Assembly (NCBI RefSeq): GCF_009914755.1
Contig: NC_060948.1
DNA from: the human T2T-CHM13v2.0 reference genome, Homo sapiens
DNA: 64,000 nt
Reading direction: 5' to 3' (one strand)
Shown: positions 17,331 through 35,239 of the stretch, piece after piece
How the letters are laid out: the number at the start of each line of letters is the position of its first letter
How positions within the stretch are numbered: position 1 is the stretch's first letter
The notes under the pieces: model-generated
What the model was told of the DNA's origin: nothing
The model's input: the letters and a program-made list of their open reading frames with translations, nothing else
Databases searched by the model: none
Position numbers and translations under genes: made by a program

Positions 17331-18790
17331 TCGTCCACATAGCTAATCAATCACAAGTTGTGCTAATTTTTTCTGCTGTTTCTCAAATCTGTGTCTCCTC
17401 TCAATTCTTACTACCACCCTGGTTTTTCAGGCCCTCAACATCTCTCACCTAAGCTGTGTAGTACCCTCCTAACTGATCCCTGACACTTCAGTGTTGCTCT
17501 CTCTCCTCACCACTGAAAGACAGTCTACATAAAACAAAATTATCATGAGACTTCCCTTTTTAAAATCCCTTTTTGACTCTCTATTGCCTATTAAATAATG
17601 CCTGTACTTCTTAATATACTGTACAGGCATCTCCTATTACTCCCTGCTCTACATTTGTTATTGCAGTAATAGGTAAATGTTTATAATTTCCCCTGAAGTC
17701 CCTCTGCTATTCAATGCTTCCATGTATTTGTTCATTATGATCTTTTTCTCTGAAATTCACTCCCCACTGTTTCTCCTGGTTTCTTATTTATTGTCCTTCA
17801 CACCCAAGCTCAAGCATGGTCTTTTTCAGAAAACCTACTTTGAAGTTCCAGAGTGGACCAAGGGCCACTTTTAATGTTCCCCATAGTGTTAAACTCTATC
17901 ATTTCACTTTAAACATACTTTTAAACCTGCTTCCTGAGTGTAAAGTTTGTTATAATTTTAATATTTGTATTTTTCTATGTCTTTTTCTTCTCTTTGTGGT
18001 TTCTGTTGACTCCTGCTTATGGTAGTTTGACTCTTCAACTCTGTTAAATTTTAGAATTACCTCATATTTGTCTAAACTTTAACTTTGGGTATCCTGAGAG
18101 AGTGGAATTGAGATGATTTGCCTGGTTTATGCTTGGTTCTGGAAGTAGTACCAATCAGAATCCATTCTAGTTTGATTTATTGGTTTGAGGTTTCTTGGAC
18201 TATGAATATGGTATAAATTCAAATTCCAGCCTAAGAGTAAAGCTGTTTAGAAAACATTAGGGAAGACTTAGAATTATTAATGTTTTTAAATCTACTGCCT
18301 GCAGACTGATTTGCTTATTGGTTCATTGTCATATCCTTCCAACTTTGTCTTTTCTACTAAATATATAGCCGATTTTGGTCCCTGGATTTATATGGAGGTC
18401 TCAGACTCAGTTCCCTACTTTGTCAGGTTTAAATCCTGTTAGTCAGTTAACCAGAAAAATTCTACATCCCCAGCATTGCTGAACAGATTCCAAGGAATGT
18501 GTCAGAGCATTTCAAAGTCCCCTATTGACATCTCGTTCCCAGCTTTTTTAAAAAGAAAGTATTTTGACGTTCCTATTGATTGCCCCAATTCCTATTTGCT
18601 ACTTCAGGCAGCCACAGTGTTAACTAACAAAGCTCTAGGTTTTTGGTTTTGGCACACTTCCAGGGCATCTCTGTCTTCTGTGTTGACTGATGACTTTAGT
18701 TTCACCTCTAGATTGTGTGTACATGTGTGTAATCATTTTGTACTTCCTTCACATTTTGTGAGTTGAGAAATGTATTTAAAAGTGTATTTG

Positions 18791-19098
18791 GGGCTGGGCA
18801 TGGTAGCTCATGCCTGTAATCCCTTTGGGAGGCTGAGGTGGGAGGATAACCTGAGGTCAGGAGTTTGAGACCAGCCTGACCAATATGGTGAAACCCATCT
18901 CTACTAAAAATACAAAAGTTAGCTGGGCATGGTGACATGCACCTGTAATCCGAGCTACTAGGGAGGCTGAGTCAGGAGAATCACTGAACTTGGGAGGTAG
19001 AGGTTACAGTGAGCCAAGATTGCACCACTGCACTCCAGCCTGGGCAACAGAGTGAGACTCTGTTTCAAAAAAATAAATAAATAAAAATAAAAATAAAA
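18791..19098 (+). mobile_element. Alu
   Basis: Alu consensus; TSD taaaagtgtatttgg. Confidence 0.95.
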
Positions 19099-19109
19099 GT
19101 GTATTTGGA

Positions 19110-23170
<4,061 letters not shown>

Positions 23171-24713
23171 TGATTTCTTTTTTTTCCTTTCCTTTTATGT
23201 GGAACAGGAAAGCTAGGGGGGTTTAGAGTTGTCTTACTGCTTTTCCCCTATGTCAGACAAGGCCCTGATAAAGCAGTTTTTCTTTAGAGCAGGTCTTTCA
23301 CCCAGAGAATAGAATGCCCTGGGCATATTTCAAAATGGTTGCTATACCCACTCACTCTCTCTATCCTCCAATTAGGGTGTATTTTGAAATGGTTGCTTTT
23401 GCCTTTTCCTTGTGTAAAGAGCCTGAGGAAATTTTCTTCAGCCTTCATCATGAGAACCTGGTGGGGTTTCTGGAAGTAAAATTCATGAAAGTATGAGGGG
23501 CCCCCAAGACGGGACTCCAACAAGTTTTTAACTCTCAAGCTAGTCCACACTCAGCCACCAGTAAATTTATTGATTACCATTTAAGTGTTCCTACCAATTA
23601 CTGGCTCTGTGGCTTCTGCTCTCAGGTAAACTGTGGTTTTCTATAGTCACCCATCTCTTTAGTGTTTGAGGAAGTGGTTTCCCTGTGACCTCTATTCTCG
23701 GACAGATCTAAGAAAGGTTGTTGATTTTCAGTTTGATTATCTTTTTTTCCATTGTGAAGATGGGAGTGATGACTTCCAAGTTCTCTACGTGTTGGAGTGG
23801 GAACTGGAAGACCTAATTAACTTCTTAAGAAACTGTCAAACTGTTTTCCATAGTGGATCTAGCACTTTACATTCCTGGCATTGTATGAGAGTTTCAGTTT
23901 CTCTCTTTGTCAACACGCCATCTTTCTAATTTTAGATATTCTAGTAGGTATCTAGTGGTTTCTTATTGCAGTTTTAATCTGCATTTCTCTAATAGCTACT
24001 GATGATGACCATTTTTTCATTTGCTTATTTGCCAGTTGCAAATCTTTATTAGTGAAGTATCTGTTCACATATTTTGCCCATTTTTTAAAAGTTGGGTTGT
24101 TTTCTTACAATTGAAGTTTATTTTTTCTTATACTCAAAATTTTAATTGCCACATAATTAATTGTACATATTTATGAGGTACAATGCAATGTTTCAGTACA
24201 TTTTACATTGCATAATGATCAAATCATGGTAATTAGCATATCCATTGCCTTAAACATTTACCATGTCTTTGATGTAAGAATATTCAAAATCCTCTCTTCT
24301 AGCTAGAATATGAGTGTATTTTAAATGTACAACTATTTGTTTTCTCACAATCCTATAAAATGATAGCTTGAGTCAATGAGTTATCCCCCCAAGTCCTATC
24401 AATCTTGTCGATTTTTGTGAAATTTAATATTGTCTAGAAAACACTAAACAAACATAGTTATTCAGAGAGGATAACTGAGCCCTCTGGTTATTCTCTCTAA
24501 CCCACAAAGGAAGCTGAACATTTGATGTAAACTTCTTCATCAGAGTAAATAATAAGAATCCCCTCCATTATATACAAAAGAAAAAATAACTGGAGAGATA
24601 GTCTCTGCTCTGAGGTTATTATGCTGTGGTCTTTGGTTTTGGTACATTCTCCCCCACCCCATGCCCTTCTCCCTCATCTTTAATGAGTGTCTGTATGTAT
24701 GGCAGAACAGTAT

Positions 24714-25405
24714 TTTTTTTTATTATTATACTTTAAGTTTCAGGGTACATGTGCACAATGTGCAGGTTAGTTACATATGTATACATGTGCCATGCTGGTG
24801 CGCTGCACCCACTAACTCGTCATCTAGCATTAGGTATATCTCCCAGTGCTATCCCTCCCCCCTCCCCCCACTGCACAACAGTCTCCAGAATGTGATGTTC
24901 CCCTTCCTGGGTCCATGTGTTCTCATTGTTCAGTTCCCACCTATGAGTGAGAACATGCAGTGTTTGGTTTTTTGTTCTTGGGATAGTTTACTGAGAATGA
25001 TGATTTCCAATTTCATCCATGTCCCTACAAAGGACATGAACTCATCATTTTTATGGCTGCATAGTATTCCATGGTGTATATGTGCCACATTTTCTTAATC
25101 CAGTCTACCATTGTTGGACATTTTGGTTGGTTCCAAGTCTTTGCTATTGAGAACAGTGCCGCAATAAACATACGTGTGCATGTGTCTTTATAGCAGCATG
25201 ATTTATAGTCCTTTGGGTATATATCCAGTAATGGGATTGCTGGGTCAAATGGTATTTCTAGTTCTAGATCCCTGAGGAGTCACCACACTGACTTCCACAA
25301 TGGTTGAACTAGTTTACAGTCCCACCAACAGTGTAAAAGTGTTCCTATTTCTCCACATCCTCTCCAGCACCTGTTGTTTCCTGACTTTATAATGATTGCC
25401 ATTCT
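24714..25405 (-). mobile_element. Young 5'-truncated L1PA (L1PA2/3-like)
   Basis: 3'UTR ttagttacatatgtatacatgtgccatgctggtgcgctgcacccactaactcgtcatctagc; TSD agaacagtat at 24704-24713 and 25409-25418. Confidence 0.92.
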
Positions 25406-25419
25406 CAAAGAACAGTATG

Positions 25420-25569
25420 TTTTTAAGTCTCTGCCATCTTGGGCCAAGCTCGTTCTATTCCTCACTCTACAAGAATCACAAGAGCACCAGGATTCTGTTT
25501 GGGTTGCCATGGACACAGCGTTCTTATTACAGAACTGACTTATTCTCAATACGAGATAAAGACCTAGAG
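25420..25569 (+). promoter_or_regulatory. Putative promoter/first exon region of the TPTE2-like gene with an RFX X-box-like motif (25503-25516) and a splice donor after 25569
   Basis: Unique sequence directly upstream of the 25994 exon; GTTGCCATGGACAC resembles the RFX palindrome GTTGCCATGGCAAC; GAG|GTGAGG donor. Confidence 0.35.
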
Positions 25570-25993
25570 GTGAGGTCTCTGCGCAAGGGAGTCCCATCTC
25601 ATCCTCTGCCCTCTCTGTTGGCTAATGTTGTCCTCTCATCTTCATCAGGAGAATTAAAATCATGTAAAGTTTTGGCGGGGAAACTAGATGGTGGTCTCTG
25701 GGCCCATAGACTGGAAAGTTTGCTTATACCCAGCTGGGGGGACCACTAATTTACATTCATTTCCCCTCCCAGGGACCTTACAGAGTCCCCTTACCCTCAG
25801 GGTACTGGGGGACAACCAGTGGGTGTAAGGTCAAATAGCAATAACCTTGTTACTTGCCAGGAATTGAGTCAAGATTTGATTTAACAAGCTTGGTTTTGGG
25901 AACTAAAAAATGAAAAAAGGAAAAGCCGTAATCTTGAAAGGCAACAAGAGAGAAAACTGCTAACAGGATCTTGATTAAATTTCTCCCTCTTAG

Positions 25994-26102
25994 AGAATGT
26001 TGTACCAACTACACAAGACCTCAGACTTGTGTTATTCTAGCAGCTGAACACAGACCAGGCTCTTCTGACTGGCAATGGCTCTGAAAGCAGTCTGGTCTAT
26101 AG
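25994..26102 (+). other. TPTE2: TPTE/TPTE2-family 5'UTR exon
   Basis: Acceptor ttctccctcttAG, donor TAG|GTAAGC; the sequence (cagctgaacac...ggctcttctgac...gcagtctggt.tatag) resembles the recalled TPTE mRNA leader. Confidence 0.65.
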
Positions 26103-26467
26103 GTAAGCAGGTCCAGGGCTTACAGGGAGAAACTCCCAGAAATCCAGCTCTGCTTTGGGTTGCCCCAGTTCATGTCCAAAGATGTGCTTGGGCCACATCT
26201 CTGGAGCACAAGGTGGTAGACTGAGAGCTTTGATATTTCTACTCCTACTGCAGATGAGCTGGTGTAACTCTGAAGGTATGGAATTTGCTGTTGTCTGTGA
26301 CCCAGCAAATAAAAATAGAAAAATAATTAGATAGAAAAATAATAGAAATAGAAAAAATTTAAAAAACAAACCAAGCCTCATTCTATGCCTGTTAATGTCC
26401 TTAAAAATATGACATTTTAGGCAGTGTGATAATATGCATATAGTGGTCACTTTAATCTTTCCTACAG

Positions 26468-26510
26468 GGGAGGCAGGTTGCCCTAATGGTGGCTGCTCTG
26501 TTCGAGGATG
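26468..26510 (+). other. Candidate alternative 43-nt 5'UTR exon
   Basis: Strong acceptor tttaatctttcctacAG and donor ATG|GTGAGC; no transcript evidence available. Confidence 0.35.
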
Positions 26511-28580
26511 GTGAGCTAGTGTTCATTTCAGGAAGCCACTCCACAGAGATGGCCACCAAAAGGGCTTCAGTGATCTCATCTCAATTAACACCTGAAACAT
26601 TGTTAATTATTACAGTGAAGGTCACAAATGAGTTTTTATTAGTGAAATTGGTAGCTTACAAAGCAGCATGATGGATGTTACAATTATACGACATTTTAAG
26701 GTCTGTGAATCAACTAACGTGTTTTGGAGACAGCCCACCCTTGCATAAGCAGGATAAAGGTGTATGAGGGTGGCCTGTAGTGTATATTTAGAGACGACAT
26801 CCAAGGCTTGATCCTCATATGGTCCTATCTCCAGGAAGGTTTAGGAAGATTTTGGCCTCTGAAACATTAGGAATCTGTTGAGATTGAAGCTTTCATGCTT
26901 GGAGCACCTAAAGTGCAGAAAGCTTACAGAAGCTTATGTACTGTGCCTGTTTGCTACTGAATGTTTTGTTAAATGAATATCTGTATGTGTGGTAGATTTG
27001 GTCGGAGACCTACTTTTCATTATAACCTGGTAGCATGATTATAAAGGTGTAGCTAACCTTCACCTAACTCAAACTTCTGTGGTTTCTCCTATCTACCAAA
27101 AAGCATTTAAGAATTCTGCATGACCACTTACTTCAGTTTAGGACAGTTTGCAATTCTCACCTTCCTTAGAGGGCAATTTAGCTAGTTACTTATTCATGTC
27201 CCATGAGGGAAGTCATTCTGTGTCCCAAAGCAGCTTATCAAAGTATTATTTCAGGATTCATTTAATACTCTCCCTGAAAGGAGTTCAGGTAACATCTATG
27301 GATGTCTCCTGCCCTTTTTGGAGATTAGTTTCCCAAGGAACTTGCTTAGCAATCCTTGCTTGTCACCTGAATCTGGAGTAATTTGAGTGTCTTCCAGTTC
27401 TCTTCCTCAGTAGAGGATGTCTGAAAAATGTAGTAATCATTTAATAAGGCTGCTTATGTCAAAAACTCAAATTCTTACCTTTTTGATGTTTTGAACATTT
27501 TCCCCATTATGATTTATTAGTGTATTCTGCATAGACAATCCAATTATTCATCCTGCTGAAAAGTAGTGGATGCCTATAGATGCCTTTCTTTTTGTAAAAG
27601 GTATTGTTTTTCCTGAAACCTGGATGAATTTCCAGGAGCCATTCAAGGACATGAGAACACCCACTTAGAACTTGAAAGGTTCCCCTCATGGCCCTCAGAC
27701 CAGGCTAATGAGATGCGATAATTTGAACTCTGGCACTCCTTTCCTCACAGGCTGAAAGACTAGCACAATATTAATGTCTATCTGTGCTTAAAGGTTGGAG
27801 CTATTGATCAGAGTCCAAAATTAGTTTGTGTAGGAGAACTTTTCTTAAAGACATAAAAAGATACCATTTAATATATTGTTTCCAAAATGTGTTTCTCACA
27901 CATTTCCACTGTAAGAAAGAGGTTCTGTGGTCAAATAAGTTAAGAAACCTCAGCACACTCTTAGAGAATCCCAGTTTTTATCAGCAGCAAAAAAATGCAT
28001 GTGATCAGTTTCTTAAACTTATTTAAACGTTTGAAAAGTTAGAAAATTGTGGTGAAGAGCATTAATTCTTGAGTCTTGGGAGTGTATTACCTTGATGAGA
28101 ATGTTTGTGTATTTGAAATTAAAAATGTGTATCAGTTTATATTGCCACATACTGATTTTTATGGCATAATATATGGTGTAGAGAGCAGGTTGTTTAAAAA
28201 CCAATATTGGCAAAATGCTGAATATTCAACATGGTTTTATGAAGTTGACAGATGTGGAGTGTATTTTGCATGTGTCTTAACTTACAGATGAGGAAATGAA
28301 GTTGCAGAGAGATTAAATTAGCCAAGCCAGGGGTTTTGGTGCTAGTAAGTCTTGATATTGTAAAATGTAGCCATATAACTTTAAAAAAATGAATCCAGAA
28401 AAAAAGAAAACAAAATCATTGTAAACACATAATCCACTTTAAGTTCACAAAATGTTTTAAACATAATTAAGGCTATGCTTGACTTACCTACTTGTTTATT
28501 TCCTACCAAGGATGACCAGGAACTAGCCATTGATATAGAAACATTCATTATTCTTACATTTTCTTTCTTTTTTCTGTGTC

Positions 28581-28600
28581 CTCTCTCTCTCTCTCTCACA

Positions 28601-28648
<48 letters not shown>
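28581..28648 (+). repeat. (CT)n(CA)n microsatellite
   Basis: Direct reading. Confidence 0.95.
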
Positions 28649-28650
<2 letters not shown>

Positions 28651-28811
28651 CTCAGAAGTACTAGTGCTGTATCCTGAAATTGTTTTAGTTCTTGTCAAAA
28701 TTCCTCCGATTTTATTTTTTGTGTCTTGAAATACTGTTGAAATTAACATCCTCATTGCCTTCCAAAATATCTGACTTTATTTTTTTGTATGTGATTTTTA
28801 CTCTTTGGTAG

Positions 28812-28868
28812 AGTTATGGATTCACTAACAGATTCTGCTTTATGCTCTGACAACTATGACCACAATGG
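28812..28868 (+). CDS. TPTE2: TPTE-family exon with upstream in-frame ATG at 28816 (MDSLTDSALCSDNYDHNG), phase-2 end
   Basis: Acceptor ctctttggtAG, donor GG|GTGAGT; the ATG in gttATGg context is followed by 17 codons + 2 nt, in frame with the downstream cassettes. Confidence 0.6.
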
Positions 28869-29727
28869 GTGAGTTGACTTATCTAAGTGGTAAAAAATAC
28901 TGGGAGCATCAATGGCAATAACAGCTTTCTATCAGAGACTTTAAGCATCTTTGGTAACATTGTTTTTGAACCAGAGTGGAAAAAATAAGATCAGGTCAGA
29001 AGAGGGATGCTTGGTACTCAAAGATTGTTTGTGACCCCAAGTAATTAGCAGCCAAAACCTTAGGAAACTGTCAGAATGCCTGTGTATGAGACTCTGTCAG
29101 GAGTGATCCAAAAGAGTTAGGGAATCCTACTTGGAGAAAGAAAGTGGTAGCATTGGACAGGCCCCAGAGGAGCCCTCAGCAGAAAGAAAGGAGCTAAGAG
29201 ACCCTGTATCTATCCCTCACCCTTCAGAGCTGGTGCCCCGAACTCAAAGCCATCATCACATTGGATGGAGCCCCTGCCTCATGTTTAGTCACTTGATCCT
29301 GATTGAGGGGAAGCAAAGATATCTGTGACTCATGAAGAGCATGAAGGTGGTGGAGGGACTTGATAATTGGGAAATCAAAATGGGCAAGAATAGTGTGTGC
29401 CTACAAATCGGACATAAATTTGAAGCAAATTTAAGTTAAATTTGCTGCCACACATGATGATCAGGTTCAGTAATAAAGAATTGTATTTAAATCTTGATTC
29501 ATTAAACTTTTTTGAGAGTCCTAAACAGTTTTTATTACCAACACATAAAGACTTCTTTCTAGAGAAAAATCAAGTACCAGGTGCCAAATAACAGATTTAC
29601 CTGAGAATTTTTAGGAACAACACATTGCAATTTGTAGCGCAATCATAGCCAATTTGAATCAAAACAAAACAAAAAAAGTCGTGTATGCATTTATGTTGTT
29701 TCTTACTATTTACCTTTCAATCCTTTG

Positions 29728-29781
29728 CACTGACGCCAATGAATTGACATCAGAAATCTGTGCTGGAGTCAACAATGAAAG
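29728..29781 (+). pseudogene. 54-nt cassette copy, open frame (TDANELTSEICAGVNNES), acceptor lost (TG instead of AG)
   Basis: Homologous end aatgaaag|gtga; preceded by tcctttg. Confidence 0.6.
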
Positions 29782-30369
29782 GTGATGTCATAATATATAT
29801 TGGAGATGGGAGGAATTCAGGTTTTTGAAATTCAGTCTCAGAATTATTCATGGGAAAATAGTTTTCTGGACACTGATTCTAAAATTCTTTCTAAAAAGTT
29901 AGGTCTTAAGTAAGCTAATTCATATTTACCATATTTTTTAGATCAAGGAATTTTGTTGTTCACATAAATTGGTCATATCATTGCTCCATGTGGCAAATCT
30001 CTAATATATTTTTGCATTTGATGTTTGAAGTAAAATGCAGCAACCTTACATAGAGCTTTATAATAAGCTTCATGTGTTCAAATATAATTGGTACTTTTAT
30101 AACCGATGCTGTTGTGTTTTACTTAGAATGTTATTTCTTATCGTAAGATTACCAATATAGTCCCCAAAATATTTTTTTATATTTTGAATTAATTGTCTAC
30201 ATTTAAATAAAACAAGAGCTGCTGCTGTTGTTACTATTCCCTTTTAACATCTCCCCAAATTAGTGTTTTATTCGGTACACTTTATGAGATGGCAGCTTAA
30301 CAATACCCTTAATATGGCCCAAGGATTCTACAAAAGGAAATGCTGGTGTGTTTGTCAAAAGTGTTTTCT

Positions 30370-30659
30370 GGCTGGGCATGGTGGCTGAAGCCTGTAATCC
30401 CAGCACTTTGGGAGGCTGAGGCAGGTGGACCACGAGGTCAGGAGTTCAAGACCAGCCTGGCCAATATGGTAAAACCCTGTCTCTACTAAAAATAGAAAAA
30501 TTAGCTGGGCGTGGTGGTGCATGCCTGTAGTCCCAGCTACTTGGGAGGCTGAGGCAGAAGGATCACTTCAATCCGGGAGGCAGAGGTTGCAGTGAGCTGA
30601 GACAGCACCACTGCACTGCAGCCTGGATGACGAGCAAAACTCTGTCTCAAAAAAAAAAT
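30370..30659 (+). mobile_element. Alu
   Basis: Alu consensus. Confidence 0.95.
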
Positions 30660-32614
30660 GTTTCCTGTGCAGATTATCTATTCACACTTGCAGATTTGAA
30701 GTTTACTAAGCATGTGTGATATCTAAAAGTTCATTCGAAGAAAAAGTTCCAATGCCAAAAATGTTTAAAAGTGGGATATAGGAAGATGATGCAAAGATGG
30801 AATCTCCAAACATTTCCATTTTCACCAGGAGGACTTAATAGAATGTCTAACAGCTACTTTTAGATATTTTTGAAATGTGAGAGGGGTTAGTTAACACAAA
30901 GTAGACTGTGAGATTAAAATGTCTATTCATTCTAAAATCTCAGCATTCACTTTCTTATTGTCAAGTTATTCATCAGACTCTTTTCAGAGACAACCTAAAT
31001 GCAAGCTCTTAGAATATTACAACATCTTTTATATGAGATGACAGGAAATAATTTCATGGCTTTTTAAAGGATAGATGAGGGATTTGAATACCACTTTCAG
31101 ATTAAGTAACTCCTCTATTGAATACTACACTGTTTTACAGTTCATATCTCTATCATGGTTGAGAGGTATTGCCAGATTTATTCACTGACAAGTAAATATT
31201 ATTCAGTTTATAATTAGTATCCACTTTGTGGGGAGATACTTTCAGTCTATGTTAAAACTATCTTCAATGTTCAGTATCCTGTTGCACATAAAACTTTCAT
31301 GCACTAATTTTAGCATTCATTGATTTTTATGTGAATCAGTTGTAACTGATCATTACAAAATGGTGATTTTTTTTTAAAAATGTAGTTTTTCTGTGTTTAA
31401 TAAGCATCATTCTATTATAAGGAGAGCTATTCCTACCCCTATTTATTCACTATTACTATGAACTTATAAATCCTTAACATTATGTCAATGAATTACAATC
31501 CTTTCTGTCATTATTTATTTTGATGTTTAAATGGTCCCATATTTGGCCAATGGGACTCCCTAAAATCTAGCCCGTTTGTCCTTTTGACTTGACATGTTCC
31601 CATCACTTTTTGAGCATTTCCCCAGCCCTGGAATCAGCCATTTACCCAAAGAACCTGATGTCCTTTGGAAACCAATATTTTGCATTTGGTATGCTCATTG
31701 CCATTGGCTCATTGCTACTTGTAGGCCTTTTTAATATCTAGATGAGAGTACAGATATACATATTGACATATGCAGATATATGCATATATGCAACAATTTT
31801 AATGTGTTTAATATACAGTATATACATTTATATGTGTTCTGTAAACTATGTATTATTGTTTTGCCTATATGTTTTTAAATTTACTTAAATGGTATTAAGT
31901 TGTATCTCATTTTGTTAGTTTTTTGCTGAGTAACATAAGATTATTCTTCTTGTGCATACCTTTTGTTATTGCTTTTAACTGGTATGAAAAATTCCACAGC
32001 ATGCATCCCCTAGTGAGGAACACATATATGGCTTCCTACCATTTGCCTTCACAAAGAGTGCCGCTAAATGATTATCCTTATGCCAGACCCCTATAGACCT
32101 ATTTGAGTATTTCTGTAGGAATATGAAACAGGACTTGATGGGCCATGGGATTGCGTATTTTGAATTTGACTGAATACTGCCTATTGCTCTCACAATGCTT
32201 ATACCAGTCTGCATCTCATGAACAATGTATGATGGTTCCTACACATACACATTCACAACAACACTTGACATTATCAAACTTTCTAATTTATATAATCAGT
32301 CTAATAGGTCATAACATATTGCATTATGTTTTACTTTGAATTTATGTGATAACTTATGAATTTGAGCATTATTTTTTTGTTCTTATAGCATTTGGGATTT
32401 CTTCTGTAATGGTCCATTCATGAACTTAGACCATTTTTCCGCTAGTATTCCTATCTTTGTCTTGTTAATTTACATGTGCTGTTTTTGAATATTTTATATT
32501 TTAGAATAAGTTAATCAAATTTCTTTTAAAATCATGTTTAATTTTCAAAGTGATTATGTTACATTTGTAAACAATATAGCAAGAATTCCCTCTTTTTAGT
32601 AACATTAAAAACAT

Positions 32615-33008
32615 GGTACTATTGTTTGGAGATTTGTAGCCCCAAACTGCATGTTGAAATTTGATCCCCAATGTTGGAGGGGGCCTAATGGAAGGTGTTT
32701 GGAAGATAAATAGATTAATTCCCTCCCTGGGAGTGAGGGTGAGTGAGTACTCACTCTGTTAGTTCTTGCAAGAGCTGGTGGTTTAAAAAGAGACCAGCGG
32801 CTTCCCCCACCTTGCTTCCCCTCTTGCCATTTGATCTCTGCACGTGTTAGTTCCCCTTTATCTTCCACCATCAAAGGGAGCAGCCTCAGAAGCAGATGTT
32901 GGCATCAGGCTTCTTGTGCAGCACACAACTGTGAGCCAAATAAACCTCTTTTCTTTATAAATTACCCAGCCTCAGGTATCCCTTATGGCAACACGAAACA
33001 GACTCAGA
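32615..33008 (+). mobile_element. MST-family MaLR LTR
   Basis: gttgaaatttgatccccaatgttggagg...tgagccaaataaacctcttttctttataaattacccagcctcaggtat. Confidence 0.85.
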
Positions 33009-35239
33009 TTCATGGAATCCCATTCAAAAGTTTGGACTATCGCTTTATGTATTCAAATCATCCTTCATGTCAATTTTAGACATTGAAGTTATGTTCTCTA
33101 ATCCGTCATCTGCCTGTTAGCTTTGGCATTGTTGTTCTTCATTCTCTTTATGACAGAACTTTTTGCCTTATTATTTTACTTTTGAAGTTTGAAATTTTCC
33201 CACTTTCAGTCTACAAAGGTAATTTCTAATCCTCATAGTTTTAATTTACACATTTAATGCTTTAATCTACTTACAGTCTACCCTTAAATATGGTGTTAGG
33301 TAGGGATTTGGTTTCATTTTTCTCCCAGTGGTAGGCTGATTTTCCAAGTACCATCTATGAAACAGGTCATCCTTTTTCCTTGTTTATATAATCATCATCA
33401 ATGACATATATCTACATAAGTTTATCTCTGAGCTCAATATTTTGCTCCATTGATACTTATGGCATCCCTACACCTTTTTTTATTACCATGATTAGTTAAG
33501 TTATTAATGGAGCCTTTATATGTTGACGTAGATTTTGTAGTAAGTATGTCAATATTCTAAAAAATTTTGTAAAATACCTATGTGGGCCCTGTGGTGTTTG
33601 GGAGAGGGAAGGGGTTTAAATACTAGGTTGATTTCTTTGTTACTTGAGTATTCTATTTCTATATAAATATATTTTCTTGCACTAATGTTAGTGTTTTATA
33701 TTTGTCTAGGAATTTTTCCATTCCATCTAAGTTTTCACATTTATTAGCATATAATTGAATAATCTCATTTTAAAAAATGTTAGTTGTGTTCTAGTTATGC
33801 TCCCTTCTTGTACATTTTATTTGGATATTCACTCTGTTTGTTCTTGATTATTATTGCCACAGGTCTATTGTAGTAATCTTTTCAAAGAGACACACTTTTG
33901 TTTTGTTAATCTTCTCCACGGTTTTTTCTTCTCCAGTTCAGTGTCGTATGCTTACCTCCTTATGTTTTGCTTCCTTATTACTCCATAGACTTTGCCCTGT
34001 GCTCCTTTTCCAACCTCTCTACTTAAATGTGTACTCTTTGCTTTTAACCATCTTGACTTCTTATTAATGCTTATATATCGGTAAATTTTCTTCTAAATAT
34101 TCCTTCATTGTATCCTACAAACTTTGTCATGTTATTATCAATCAGTTCTTAGTATATAAAATATTTTGTGATATCCCTTTTAACATAAGAGGTATTCAGT
34201 AATGTGTAATTTAGTTTCAAATGTGGGTTTTTTTTTTAAAAGCTAATCATATTACAGTATATTCAGAGAACAGCAATATGATATTGATCCTGTGGACTTT
34301 ATCCTGTGGAAGCTTTCTTTATGGTACAGAGAGCTATGATGTTGGTCTGTCCTTGTGCCCTCATAAGTCTTTTGCTCTATCTAGAAGGTGTTAGAATTTT
34401 CTCTTAGTCTCCATTAGATACTTAAAGCTGATTTATTTCTTCTTTCTTGAATTCTGGGAAATTTATCATCATAAATTTTCACATTTTATTTTGCATTTTT
34501 AGTTTTCATTTCTTCTTAGATTTCCATATTCTAGATGTTAGATGGCTGTTTTTATCCTCTCTAACATTCTTCTTTTCTCTAATGTGTTCGCTTTATTCTT
34601 TTCTACTATTTTCTGGGTAAGTTTCTCAATCAAATCTTCTAACTCTAAATTTATTAGCTTTTCACAGGTACCCAAACTACTATTTATCCCTCAACAATTT
34701 ATATTTTTTTTGACAGTCATACTTTTACAGTTAAGGCTTTCTGTTTTATTTTTTCTTAGGACTCCCATTCTCATTTCATATTTCCACATCTTCCTTTGTG
34801 TCCTCTTATCCTTAAGAATATTTGTCATGCTTACTTTAAAATCTTGGTCAGGGTGTTCCAGTAGTTTTGCTACAGTAGGTATGCTGTTGTTCAGCTTGTT
34901 GTATTTCTTTTTCAGTAGTTGTATTCCTCAGGTATCTAATCATGTTGGTTTGTGAACACAGATTTTTTGTGGCTATTGGCTACTCTGGTCATTTGTATTG
35001 GGGAAGGACTGAAGTACAATCTCAGTCTGCTGCTGTTCTTGCAACATAATTATTAATGGCACCCACTTTTTCCTTTCAAAAGTGTCCTGGTTTGGGCAGG
35101 AATTATATAGTCAGTCTGACTGAAATCTAGGACGTAAGCTGCGTCATTGTCAGTAAGTTTAAAATGAAGAGAAGTGATGCGCCCCAGGGTAGAGAGTCTC
35201 AGGAATCATGAAACACTGACCAGGCAACTCCTCTGGGTT

